NCBI GenBank assembly: GCA_964016885.1 | Contig: CAXHJY010001017.1 | Span: forward strand, 1-64,000 | Reading direction: 5' to 3' | Length of the DNA stretch: 64,000 nt | DNA from: Eledone cirrhosa | Lineage: Eukaryota | Part shown: positions 28,940-45,189 of the stretch, piece by piece | How the letters are laid out: every line of letters begins with the position of its first letter | Numbering within the stretch: position 1 is the stretch's first letter | The notes under the pieces: model-generated | The model's input: the letters and a program-made list of their open reading frames with translations, nothing else | Databases searched by the model: none | What the model was told of the DNA's origin: nothing | Position numbers and translations under genes: made by a program

Positions 28940-29481
28940 TATATATATACATATAACTCTCTCACACACAATATATGATGTGTGTGTGTACCTGCATATA
29001 TGATTTCATATGCTGTTCAGTATCGATATGAATGCGGAGTTGTCTATGTAAATATTGATTGGTTTTCAAATGATCTCTCTGTCTCTCTCTCTCTCGTTCT
29101 CTCTCACTCACTCTCTCTCACTCTCTCTCTCACTGTCTCTCTCACTCTCTCTCTCTCACTCTCTCTCTCTCTCTCTCTCACTCTCACTCTCTCTCTCACT
29201 CTCTCTCTCTCTCTCTCTCTCTATCCAGTCAAACATTACCAAGTACTTTACGTACAATATCATATTTATACTCTAGTGTACCCGTGCCGTCAATAACGGC
29301 GACGGCAGAGTTGAACGTACTTAATGTTTGTAGTGCAGGGTTTGTTTGCCTCGTATAACAGGATTACTGGATATATCTGGGAAATTTGCATAAACCTAGG
29401 TTTGACTATTACATATATGGAACTACTAAATATATCTGATGACTGCATAGCTATCTGTCTGTCTAGATGTCTGTCTCCCCC

Positions 29482-33495
<4,014 letters not shown>

Positions 33496-33567
33496 CCGAA
33501 CTGAGGATCGCATAAGGTGAAACATTCGTTCTCAGATATGGTGAACTTACTGTTGTGGAACTACTTA

Positions 33568-33614
<47 letters not shown>

Positions 33615-33737
33615 TGGGGAAAATCGACTAACTTTTAAATTCCATCTGTGATAACATTTTACACGTTTTTATTGTATGTAAACTTCCCCCTTTGTATTTG
33701 TCCCCTTCTTTTGTGCCCCTGTGGCTAATAAAGAAAT
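33615..33737 (+). mobile_element. Short 3'-end fragment of a sister L1/Tx1 family in (TATC)n
   Basis: TATGTAAACTTCCCCCTTTGTATTTGTCCCC...AATAAAGAAAT resembles 39460-39521 and has TATC repeats on both sides. Confidence 0.8.
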
Positions 33738-33957
33738 ATATCTATCTATCTATTAATACACAAGATCTAGCTGTCGCTCTGTTTTGTTCAAATTTATTGA
33801 GGAAATTTTGTGAGTTCAAACTTAATTTTGATACAATTGTGTAGCTTGACCCTCCGTCTGAACTGTCAGGCGGTGGGTCAGCTCATCTTTACCCCTCCTA
33901 GAGGTGAAAAACCTGTTTTAAAAATTTTGTGTAAAAAATTTCAATCGTCTAACAGAA

Positions 33958-35834
33958 ATGTTAAACGCAGCGAACGAAAATAGTGGTGGGGGGACAGCGG
34001 TAAGAGTTGTAAGCTCGCACGCTTTAGTCCTCCCTTCCTTCCCAACTAACGTCATAGAGAAGGAAGGAAAAATGAAAATAAAAACGGACGAATCTGCGGA
34101 GAAAAAATTAAATGACGAAAACAACGAAAAAAAAAATTTGAAAAATTGCATGACAATACTAATAACACAAACAAAGACACAACAAACAAAAAATAACAGT
34201 TGAAAATAACATCATATCAGAAAACAAAGCAGACGACAAGATTTCTTTTGCACAGAAAACAAAGAAATCTTTGACTTATATAGCGGAAAACATTTCAGAT
34301 GTGGTACGAAGGATCACGGACGCAAAACAATACATAAGTGAAGGTGAGATGGGTATTTTATTGGTAAAAATGCCTCAAGAATTCACGAAAGACATTGAAA
34401 GCCGAACGGTCAAGTTTCGGACCATCAACAACAGTACAAAAAAACCTGAACAGCCTTCTCAAGCAGATATCAAAACAGTACTCGCAGAAGTACTGAATGA
34501 AACAACTTTCATAAGAAAAGACAGACTGTATGGAAGCCTAGCAATTATCATGAAGAACGAATCGGCGGCAAAAAAATGTGCTTTGTCACCGATTCGTTCG
34601 AAAAATTTCACCTTTTATCCATCTTATATGGGAAAAAAAACTCAACGCATATGGCTGGATGCAATGATGCCAGATGTGGACTACTGCTGGCTCATAGCTG
34701 GCTTCATCGATCCAGTGAATGACAACGTGATTTCCATTGGGAAAACCACAGGCAATGCGTTCAGTGGAACAGGTATAGAGCTGGTAGTACAAATGAAGCC
34801 TGAACGCATCGCCCAAATACCCGACAGAATCCTATTAGAGGACCACGGGTATATAAACATTAGCGTGGAGGGGAGAAGGCCGTCCTGCCATATCTGTGCA
34901 GGCAGAGGGCACCTGAAGGCCGCTTGTCCACAACTCAACAAAAAGAAAACTCTGCTACCAACACCAGCTCCACCACCACCACCACAACAGATAAACAAAC
35001 AACAAAACTCAGTCCCACCCAACCCGTCCCTCAGTAACACCACAACACCACCACAACACAAACAGTCACAACACATTACCCCAAAACAAAATACAGGCCC
35101 ACCCAACCTCTCACTCAATAAAACAACACAACCACCGCAGACACAACACACAACACAGTCTAACATAGTGACATCCCATCTCCCCCACAAAGAAAACCAA
35201 CACGGAAACATTACCAGCAAACATACCTCTTCCCTCCAACACTGAAGATAACCCAACGAATTCGGAGGAAGAAACGGAGTCCTTCAGACAGATTAAAAGG
35301 AAAAAAAGAAAACATGTGCAAAACACACAAGGACAAACAACCCCCACCCAAATCGCAACACAATCTAACAAAACAGAAAACACCCCTCCAGCAACAAACA
35401 AAACCAAACCTGCCCCTCCCCTCTTCGAAACACTCACACCATCGGAAAAAAAGACATTACACTATACTTACATCAACAGAAACAATAATAAATTAAATGA
35501 ACTCATATACAATAATCCTTCGGTACAAACCGAAGGTGTAAACTTTGTTTCATCAGAAAACCACCCACATTTAAAACTAATAAAAATCCCAATGAACCTC
35601 TACCAAAAACTAAAAAAGGATTTTAAGGAGGACGTAGGACCACCCTCTGTCAAACCCATAAACCGCGTCCTACTAAAAAGCTTTCCCCCTCCCCTTCCCC
35701 TCCCCAACACAACTCCAAACACCCCAACCCCACCACACACCGACGACCCCACACCACCACAAGACACCCCTTCACCCAACACCCCCGACCCCATGGAAGT
35801 CGTGCAACCCGAACCCCGGGAAGCGGAAAGGTAG
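33958..35834 (+). CDS. LINE ORF1 (gag-like, CCHC knuckle), split by frameshifts
   Basis: Track ORFs 33958-34203, 34271-35245 and 35316-35834 join by frame changes. CHICAGRGHLKAAC fits CX2CX4HX4C. Pro/Thr/Gln-rich C-terminus, stop 33 nt before the ORF2 ATG. Confidence 0.8.
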
Positions 35835-35867
35835 GTCTCTACACTCTCCTTTGGCTCTGCCGCCCAC

Positions 35868-38800
35868 ATGGATGTGTTAAGAGTAGGATGTTTGAATGCA
35901 CGTGGCCTGGGCTCAACTTGGAAGCAAGCAAAGCTTCTAAATGACCTCAGGTCATGTAGTATAAATGTAATGGTTATCTGTGAGACTCGAATCAGCGTCA
36001 TGCGGCAGCTGGCCCCCACCTTCGATGACTTTGAGGTGCATGCATCTCTCTGTCAACCTGGAGGTGGGGGTGGGGTTGTCGTGCTGCTGCAAAAACACCT
36101 GGGTCTTGCCGTACAGGTTGTGCACTCGGACCCGGAGGGTCGTTTGTTGGTGCTAGACGTTGGCAGTAGTGAAAGTGCGGCCTTGAGACTGGTCGCCGTC
36201 TACTCCCCTTTCGGAGCTGAACGGCCCGACTTCTTCCAGCGTTTGGAGACTTTTCTGGGAACGTCGCGTTCCCTGCTTCTAGCGGGGGATTGGAATGACA
36301 TCCTGGATGCACATTGGGACTATGCAGGAGCATGTCCTAATAGAGGGGGGTGTAACAGCCTCAAGGGGTTACTCGACCGTTTTAACTTGGTCGATAGATA
36401 TCGACTAGATTTTCCAACTGTGCCTACCTGGACTTGGAGAAACCACAGTGGTCAATCTAGATCGTACTTAGATAGATTCTTAGTTAGAAGTAAGGATAGG
36501 GACATATTAAGCTGTCCAGAAATGCGCACGGTTGGCTACACGGATCACAAATTAGTGACCTGCGTGGTCAATCTCGAGAAAACACATAGACAGGGTCCCG
36601 GTTACTGGAAACTTAATTTGTTTTTACCGGCAAAAGAGACTTACAGAAACCGGATTAGCAGATTAGTTAAGGAGAGGTTGACGGGTGCAATCGTCAACAA
36701 CCGATGGTGGGCATCTCTCAAAAGAGAGATTAGAACAGAATCAATAAGTTATAGCAAGATGTTAGCTGCCAATAGGAATAGAAACGAGAAAGAATTAACA
36801 GGTAAATTAGAAGAGGCAATCAAGAGCGAAGATGTGGCCAGAGTGCTGGCATCGAGGACGGCCTTGAACCAGTTTTTCGATGCAAAGCATGAAGGCTGCG
36901 TCATTCGAAGTAAAATACGTGCTCTAGGTAATGAGGGGGCCAAAGCCGTTGGATGGGCCCGCGTGACAGAAGCTAAAAGTGGAAATCGATCCACCATCCG
37001 GTCGTTGCAAGACGAAGATGGACGAGTGATCCGGGAGCCTAAGCAGATGTGCGAGGCCTTTCAAAAGCACTTTGCCCGATTGTTCGGGGGAGGCGAGGGT
37101 CCGGGCCGGGGCGTGGATTTCGGTCCATACCTCGACGGCCTGCCGCGTCTCTCGAACAAAGAGGCAGAGTCCTGCGAGGGACCAATCTCGGCTGATGAGA
37201 TCGGAGATGCGCTGAGCCAATGCAGCAGACGCAAATCTCCAGGTCTCGATGGTATACCTTACGAACTTTATTTAGCAATGCCGGTCTTCTTCTCCGAACT
37301 CCTCGAAGCGGTCTACTGCAATTGGCAGCAGAACGGGAGAATTCCTTGTTCTGTAGCCAAGGGCGTAGTCACGCTGGTGAGGAAGGACGAGAACAAGGGG
37401 GATAGTATAAATAATTTTCGGCCCATAACCCTGCTAAACACAGAGTTAAAGATTTTGGCCAAGGTGTTAGCAAAGAGGTTGGCGCTTGTCGTGGGTGGCC
37501 TGGTGGGAGATGCGCAGACATGTGCTATCCCATCCAGGTCCATTCACGATAACCTCCACCTCATGCGATACATCATAGAGAGGGTTGGCAACAAACCCGG
37601 CTTCGGTGGGGCCCTGATCAACTTGGATCAGTCTAAGGCCTTCGATAGGGTCGACCATGGTTACCTGGATGCGGTGCTAGCGGCGGCTGGGTTCGGTCCT
37701 GTTTTCAGAGGCTGGATCACTGCCCTACATAGCAACCACATCTGTTCTAGGATCAAGGTGAACGGCTACCTTTCGAAGCCGTTCGAAATCACACGATCCA
37801 TTCGACAGGGGTGCCCTCTCTCCTCCCTTCTGTACGTATTGACTCTCGAGCCTTTACTGAGGAAGTTGGAGTTGTTGCAGGGTATCCCCCTGGAACCAGG
37901 ATTGAGCAAAGCGGTGTCGGCCTACGCCGATGACGTAACAGTAATGGTATCAACCGACTCGGAGATCGAGGCGATCGGTACCTTACTGGAGGAGTACGAA
38001 AGGTTGTCAGGAGCGAAACTGAACCGGGAAAAATCCATCGGGCTGCAACTCGGAACGTGGAGAGGCAAACCGATGCCTCCTGACGGTGTCGTCGGACACT
38101 GGACGGAGGGCCCGGTAAAGTTGCTTGGGGTCTGGTTTGGACCGGACCTCCAGGTGGAAAAGAACTGGAACGAGGTTACGAACAAGGTGTTTGCACTAAC
38201 CCAGAAATGGGCCAAGTGTAAGCTGTCCCTAAAAGGCCGGGCGGAGGTGGCGAACATTTACATAGCGTCCGTCACTTACTACCGCCTGACTGTCGTGCCT
38301 TGCCCTAAGGAAACACTCACCACCATGGAACGCATGCTCTTCCAATTTCTTTGGAAGAAGCGTCCTCCTATGGTGAGAAGATCCATCTGCTGCCAACAAC
38401 CTTCGAAAGGAGGGCTGGGGATGCCGTGGTTGATGATGCGTAGGCACGCATTAAGGCTACGGCACCTACAGGTATTCCTCACTGGTCAACCGGTGTGGGC
38501 TCCGTTCGTGAAACGAGCCTTTCCGAGACTCATCTCACTCACCGAGCTACAGTCCTGGGTCAAGCAAAGATCCGGAAAACTGGGAGACTGGCACACTGAG
38601 TGTGCTCAGGCGCTCAGGGCTCTCTGGCAAGCGGGCCGGGCCATCGGTGGAGAATCCACCTCATCATTCTATAGAGGGCTGGTGGCTAGCAGGGGCGATG
38701 ACACCCTTGGAGAGTCGCTGGACATGGAGGAAGACGAACTGGCCAGCCTGTTCGGTAGGACTTTCGGCCCAGGACCAATGGACAACTTCCAGAAGTCACT

Positions 38801-39305
38801 GGCCTGGCAGTGCTACCGAGGGGCTCTACCCGTTCGAGAGAGGCTCTACAGACACGGGCGCCCGGGCAGGGATCCCTCAAAAAAGATTTGCCCTAGATGT
38901 GTGCGTCACGAAGAAACCGTGGCGCACGCATTGGTGCAATGTCCGGGCGTGGCTGATCTGTGGGGCTACGCCGAACAACTGCTGTCGCGGGTGGCGCCGA
39001 TTAAATTGACCGCCGAGTCCGTGATGACAATCAAACCGCCTCCCCTCTTCACAAAGGAAGCAAAGGCGGTTTTTCTGTGCGTAATAGCCATGTTGAAAGA
39101 GGTTGTTTGGTGGACACGATTGAAAGGTCTGAGGTCAGGCAACTTCCTCTCTGGCCATAGTCTGGTCTACTTCTTCCGATATCACTTCGGAAGAAGGATA
39201 AGAATGGAGAGAGAGGTGCTTGGCCACAGGCAGTTTTATGAAAGGTGGGTGATAGTGGCGAGAATGGCTCGTGTAAATGGGCCTTCTCTGTATACCATCC
39301 TGTAG
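35868..39305 (+). CDS. LINE ORF2: APE endonuclease, reverse transcriptase and C-terminal zinc finger (1145 aa)
   Basis: EN motifs LNARGL, ICETR, GDWN, YLDRF, TDH. RT motifs KSPGLDG, FRPITLLN, DQSKAFDRVDH, RQGCPLS, YADD. C-terminal CPRC..ETVAHALVQC. Confidence 0.97.
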   Translation: MDVLRVGCLNARGLGSTWKQAKLLNDLRSCSINVMVICETRISVMRQLAPTFDDFEVHASLCQPGGGGGVVVLLQKHLGLAVQVVHSDPEGRLLVLDVGSSESAALRLVAVYSPFGAERPDFFQRLETFLGTSRSLLLAGDWNDILDAHWDYAGACPNRGGCNSLKGLLDRFNLVDRYRLDFPTVPTWTWRNHSGQSRSYLDRFLVRSKDRDILSCPEMRTVGYTDHKLVTCVVNLEKTHRQGPGYWKLNLFLPAKETYRNRISRLVKERLTGAIVNNRWWASLKREIRTESISYSKMLAANRNRNEKELTGKLEEAIKSEDVARVLASRTALNQFFDAKHEGCVIRSKIRALGNEGAKAVGWARVTEAKSGNRSTIRSLQDEDGRVIREPKQMCEAFQKHFARLFGGGEGPGRGVDFGPYLDGLPRLSNKEAESCEGPISADEIGDALSQCSRRKSPGLDGIPYELYLAMPVFFSELLEAVYCNWQQNGRIPCSVAKGVVTLVRKDENKGDSINNFRPITLLNTELKILAKVLAKRLALVVGGLVGDAQTCAIPSRSIHDNLHLMRYIIERVGNKPGFGGALINLDQSKAFDRVDHGYLDAVLAAAGFGPVFRGWITALHSNHICSRIKVNGYLSKPFEITRSIRQGCPLSSLLYVLTLEPLLRKLELLQGIPLEPGLSKAVSAYADDVTVMVSTDSEIEAIGTLLEEYERLSGAKLNREKSIGLQLGTWRGKPMPPDGVVGHWTEGPVKLLGVWFGPDLQVEKNWNEVTNKVFALTQKWAKCKLSLKGRAEVANIYIASVTYYRLTVVPCPKETLTTMERMLFQFLWKKRPPMVRRSICCQQPSKGGLGMPWLMMRRHALRLRHLQVFLTGQPVWAPFVKRAFPRLISLTELQSWVKQRSGKLGDWHTECAQALRALWQAGRAIGGESTSSFYRGLVASRGDDTLGESLDMEEDELASLFGRTFGPGPMDNFQKSLAWQCYRGALPVRERLYRHGRPGRDPSKKICPRCVRHEETVAHALVQCPGVADLWGYAEQLLSRVAPIKLTAESVMTIKPPPLFTKEAKAVFLCVIAMLKEVVWWTRLKGLRSGNFLSGHSLVYFFRYHFGRRIRMEREVLGHRQFYERWVIVARMARVNGPSLYTIL

Positions 39306-39751
39306 GTAAAGAAGTAAAGGAGAGGGGAGCACCTTCTCCATGTGCTCCCCGGGCAAAGGATTGCACACTTTTTCGGGGGTGTGTGCAACCCCCATCACGT
39401 CCCCTCCCTTTTGAGGTTATTTTCGATTATTTTCATGTTACACCCTTTTTACTCGATTATATGTAAACTCCCCCTTTGTATTTGTCCCTTCTTTTTATGC
39501 CTTTATGGTAAATAAAGAAATCTATCTATCTATTAATACACACACATTTATATATGTATCTCTCTCCCTCTACACACACACTCACACATACACACAGTCA
39601 GCCACTCTTACCCACACCCTTGTGCTAAATTAGTTCAGATCAATCACAGTTCTAATTACAATCTCTTCTGATTAGTTGATGTGGTAACAAAATGAGGCGG
39701 CAGAGATAGGAGATTGTAAACACACCTTCTGTAGAATGATAATAATAGTAA

Positions 39752-40440
39752 TAATCGTTTTTACTTTTGGCACAAGGCCAGTAAATACCCCAATGTATTA
39801 CTGGTACTTTCTTTTATCGACCCTGTAAGGATGACTGGCAAAGTTAACCTCGAATAATAATTTCTACTTTTGGCACAAGGCCAGCAATTACCTCAGTGTA
39901 TTACTGGTACTTTCTTTATCGACCCCGTAAGGACGACTGGCAAAGTTAACCTCGAATAATAATTTCTACTTTTGGCACAAGGCCAGCAATTACCTCAGTG
40001 TATTACTGGTAGTTTCTTTTATCGACCCTATAAGGATGAAAGGCAAAGTTAACCTCGAATAATATTTGTTTCTACTTTTAGCACAAGGCCTGCAATTTCC
40101 CCCAGTGTATTACTGGTACTTTCTTTTATCGACCCCGTAAGGATGAAAGGCAAAGTTAACTTCGGCGTGATTTGAACTCGGTCCATAATAATGATAATAA
40201 TAATAATTGCTTCTACTTTAGTCACAAGGCCAGCAATTTGAAGGGGAGAGTAAACTCGATGAATAAAGTACCAGTGAATTACTGGTACTATATTTATCGA
40301 CCCTCGTAAGGATGAAAGGCAAAGCTACCATCAATCGGGTAATAATTAGAATTGTTTCTGTTTTAGGTTTAGGCACAAGGCCAGCAATTTTGGATGAGGG
40401 GAAAATCAATGAAATCGATCCTAGTGTATTACTGGTACTT
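39752..40440 (-). mobile_element. Tandem array of ~7 S1 SINE 3' halves
   Basis: ~95-105-bp units TTTCTACTTTTGGCACAAGGCCAGC...GGCAAAGTTAACCTCG, mostly lacking the tRNA head. Confidence 0.85.
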
Positions 40441-40868
40441 TATAACAGACTCTATAACTAGTCGCCGCCCCTTCATTTTCTTCTCCCTTCACTACCACCA
40501 CCTTTCACCCACCAGTTCCACAGATTATATAACTAATCAGCCCACCACCATCACCATCACATTCACCACCATCATCCCCAACTCCACCACCCTCACCATC
40601 ACATCCACCACCAACACCATCACCATCACGCACACCCACCACCATCACCACCACCACCATCACACCCACCACCATCACCACCACCACCACCTTCCTCCCA
40701 CTATTCCCATAGACTCTATAACTAGTCCACCACAACTACCAGCACCACCACCACCACAACCACAACAACAACACTTTGTAATTAAAGTATCAATCAGATA
40801 TTTAATCTCAGAATTGTGGCTTCCTACATTTTATTTTTCCTTCCAAATATATTACCACCACAGACGTG

Positions 40869-40932
<64 letters not shown>

Positions 40933-40946
40933 TATTCTTATATATA

Positions 40947-41059
<113 letters not shown>

Positions 41060-41703
41060 CTTATATGTATATATATACTGTATATATTTATTAAAATAAC
41101 AGATTAAAGTTTAAGCAAAGAATCGCTGCTTTCACCCTTAACGGGATCTTCTGAAACTAAAAACATCAATCTGTGAACGCAGAACGAAATATTTCGAGAA
41201 ACGTTGCAACCGAACGAAAACAGGAAGACGATATTTTGGTTCGTGAAGACGTTCCCTGGCAATGAACGGAAAAAAGCGAAGATAATACTCCTGGGTTCAA
41301 TTGGGATTAGCCACAGTAAGTAAGGTACTCAATACGTTAGTAGAGTATAAACATGTTTAATATAGAAATGGCTTCTGGAGGACTAGAACGATTTCGTTCG
41401 AAAGATAACATCAATTTACAAGGACAGTTGGCTTTCCTGGTGATTTGTTTTCAATAAAACATTTCTAGTCCCGTAGAAGCCATTTCTATGTCAAACATGA
41501 TATATATTAGCACAGCATAAGTTCGACGAGATTTTGATTCCAGAATCGGCCTAGATCGATACAGATCGAACCTTGAGCTGATCAATAGCGAAACGTGCGT
41601 CACTCCTCAATAAACGTAATGAAGATATAACAAATCGTCCTTCTTATATATACATATATAATGAGTCGACGGACCCAGCATATTTATCAATGTCAGGACC
41701 GGT

Positions 41704-41757
<54 letters not shown>

Positions 41758-42185
41758 AATTAAAAAATAGAGCTAGAAGCCACGACTATCCATCAGCAGT
41801 GATCTTCTGGCCATCACAGGCATTTCTTCGCATTAAAGATCAGATACCTCAGGCCAGCGCGCGCAATAACTATAAGTTATTGGGATAAAAAGAATTGGGT
41901 GGAGTAAGAAAGACATGTAAACAAAACAAGAATGGTGAGGCAACGTAAAGAGTGGAAAAATGAGAAACAAGTCAGTGATACAAGTGAATATAAGATCTAG
42001 CGAATCATTGACAAAAAGACGACAGACTCATCTAAGACAAGCGAAATGTGAGCGAGAAAAGAATTTCACACGAGTCAGACATGAGGAGTGAGAGAGGGTG
42101 AGTAGCAGAGAGTGAGTGAGTGAAAGTGTGAGGAAGAGGCTAGCCGAGAGAGATATATATATGCATATATATATATGTATATCTA

Positions 42186-42231
<46 letters not shown>

Positions 42232-42373
42232 TATATATATATATATATGCATATATATATATATATATATCTATGCATATATATACATATATATATATGC
42301 ATATATATATGCATATATATATATATATATACATATATATATGCATATATATATATATATATACATATATATA

Positions 42374-42411
<38 letters not shown>

Positions 42412-42438
42412 TATATGCATATATATATATATATATGC

Positions 42439-42472
<34 letters not shown>

Positions 42473-44462
42473 GCATATATATATATATATATACATATAT
42501 ATATGCATATATATATATATATATATATATGCATATATATATATATATATATATGCATATATATACATATAGTATGCTAGGGAAAGGATCAGGGGTGTAT
42601 AACACTCCACTTATCCAGCAGGCAGTATGAGGTTAGCTCAATGTCTGAGGACAGAGCCGTAATATAATTGGCGGCAGGTTGCTAAATCCCATCCATATAC
42701 TCCTCATAGTAGAGTATGCAACCTGTGCCTTGCCGAATCCCACTCTATTATATTTGCTAAATGCCCTCTACTAAATAGAAAGTCTGAAATTTTTTCCTCT
42801 TGCCCCCACCGAATATTAAGCTCTTTCTTCTACTTTAAACCTGTTAGCTAGCACGTCCTTATTCCTCCAGTTGGGCTGTCTTGTGTAACTGTCTCTGACT
42901 GAGTGTAACTGTCTCCTAATGTTGGTCGTCTATGTATACGAGTCTGTGAATGTATACGTATGCCTGTGGGAGGATATTGATCTTGATATTGGGGTGTGCA
43001 GGGGAGTGTATGTTAATAAGCACCCCTGTTTGGTACAGTGGATGTAACCCATCCACGCTGGCCTACCCACCATTAGTGCATTGGTGGACCTATCCTGACG
43101 TATATCTTGTTGATCTGTACCTCTGTATGCGCATGAGTTGTGATGTAATGTATTTATGTAAAGCGTGTACTGTGATTTAGGCTGCACTAGTAGAAATTTA
43201 GCCTGTAACTGTGGCGGACCCGTGCCATCCTGCCGTAAGCAGTGGATACGTGGCGCATATATGTGTTGCCCTCATATTCTGTGGTTCAAGATCTACAGGT
43301 GACCTCTGGGAACTCTTACCCGGGGTTGTAGTCTTTCTAGCACGATCGGCCTTCCTTATATTGACGGTCGTTTTTATGATCCCGAAAGTAACGTTTTGGC
43401 CCCGATGGCCCTCCGTAGTTACTAACGGTCTGTGTACACTCGAATCGGTCAATGGCACGTGCAGACATGAATATCTCCGTAGGATTTCAACTTTATTTTA
43501 ATACATCTCATCGTATGTATTTGTTTTGAATATATTACCTGTGGTGGTGGGTCTGATCTAATGTGGTATTTCGGTGTTTAATATTTAATATTGTATTTAA
43601 TATCGTATTTAATATCGGCTTTGACCCGGGTGTCCTACGCTGTGTGTGTGTGCGTGTGTGCCCGTGTATACATTTATATGTGTATGGGTGTAGGTGGTTA
43701 TATGTGTCTGTGTGTATATATAAAAATATATATATATATATATATGTATACCGTCTCTGCATGTGCATGTGGTGTGTATACGTGCATATATGTACTGAAC
43801 ATATTGATGTGTATAATCTTGTGATGTCCCAATGCGGTGACTTAATGGCTCTTGAAGCTATCTTTTTATATTTTGTATGCGCTACAACTGTATCTGCTTG
43901 CTTTAAACTCACGCTTGCTAATGCATGTGAATTCTTCTACCTCCTTTGATGCACCTCTCTGACCATTTGACTCCTGCCTGTGTTGAACCGGTTTGTGATT
44001 ACCCCACCGCTCGAGTGATACTGGTGACTGTGACACTTAGCGCCTTCGTGGGCCCCTGATGTTTTCAAGAAATGTATTTAAAAAAAAAATTGGTGTGTGA
44101 ACCGGTTTGTGATTACCCCACCGCTCAACTGTGTGAATGCACACCCATGACTTTCGAGTGAACTTTCGAGACTGCCCAACCTGGGACGCCTCCATTGCCT
44201 TGCAATGGTCAAGTGATACTGGTGACTGTGACACTTAGTGCCTTCGTGGGCCCCTGATGTTTTCAAGAAATATATTTTGAAAAATTGAAAAATTGGTCAA
44301 GTGATACACATAACTGTGACATTTAGTGCCTACGTGGGCCCCTGATATATTCAAGAGATATATTCTAAAAAAATATATATCTTATCTCAATTTACTTTAT
44401 TTCATTTTATTTTATTTCATTTCATGTTATCTAATTTTATTTATTTACTTACTTGACTCCAT

Positions 44463-44509
<47 letters not shown>

Positions 44510-45143
44510 TATTTAAATTTAGATTTTAATTTTAAAATTTTAAAATTTAAATTTAAATTTTATTTATTTATTTATTTATTTAATTACATTTAATTATACA
44601 TATAATTATAATTACACATTTGATTTTAATTTTAATTTAGTCTATGTTATTTGATTTTAGTTTACCTTATTTTATCTTATTTTACGATTATACTATATTA
44701 TGTTCTATGTATATAATTTTTAATTTTTAATTGTATATTATTTTTATCTCATTCCTTACCCTTTATTTTATATTTTATATGTAAGTTTGTTATGTATTTC
44801 TTTGTATTTCTTTTTATATATATTATAAGTCTGTTTTTTACCTATTTTTTACCTATTTTTTACCTACTCTTACCTAATCCCATTATCTTATCTACTCTTG
44901 TCTGTTCTCTTATCCATGTGTCTACTCTTGTCTGTTCTCTTATCCATGTGTATGCTTGTATGTAACTATATGTTGACAGCACACCGCCCAACTGTGACAG
45001 ATAGCACCCCTTATTTTTATTTTTATTTTTATTTTTACTTTTATTTTTATTTTTTTATTCGTATCCTCTATCGTCTATTATTACCTTTCATTCTTCAATG
45101 TCTTGGATTTGTTATTGCTTGTATGGTATGTAATTAACCTTTA

Positions 45144-45189
45144 TGCTCTGATGAGTCCCACTTATAGTGTGGATGAAACAATGTTAGCA
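45144..45189 (+). ncRNA. Minimal hammerhead ribozyme at the 3' end of a ~2.6-kb (TA)n-bounded segment
   Basis: TGCT-CTGATGA-GTCC CACT tat AGTG t GGAT-GAAA-CAATG-TT-AGCA. Confidence 0.8.

Larger units (their letters stand above)
33763..39520 (+). mobile_element. Full-length L1/Tx1-clade non-LTR retrotransposon
   Basis: 5' UTR, ORF1, ORF2 and a structured 3' UTR ending AATAAAGAAA. Direct repeat TCTATCTATCTATTAATACACA at 33741-33762 and 39521-39542. Confidence 0.93.

Noticed and set aside
35998-39398. Antisense and alternative-frame ORFs inside the LINE
   Set aside because: Expected shadows of a GC-balanced long ORF.
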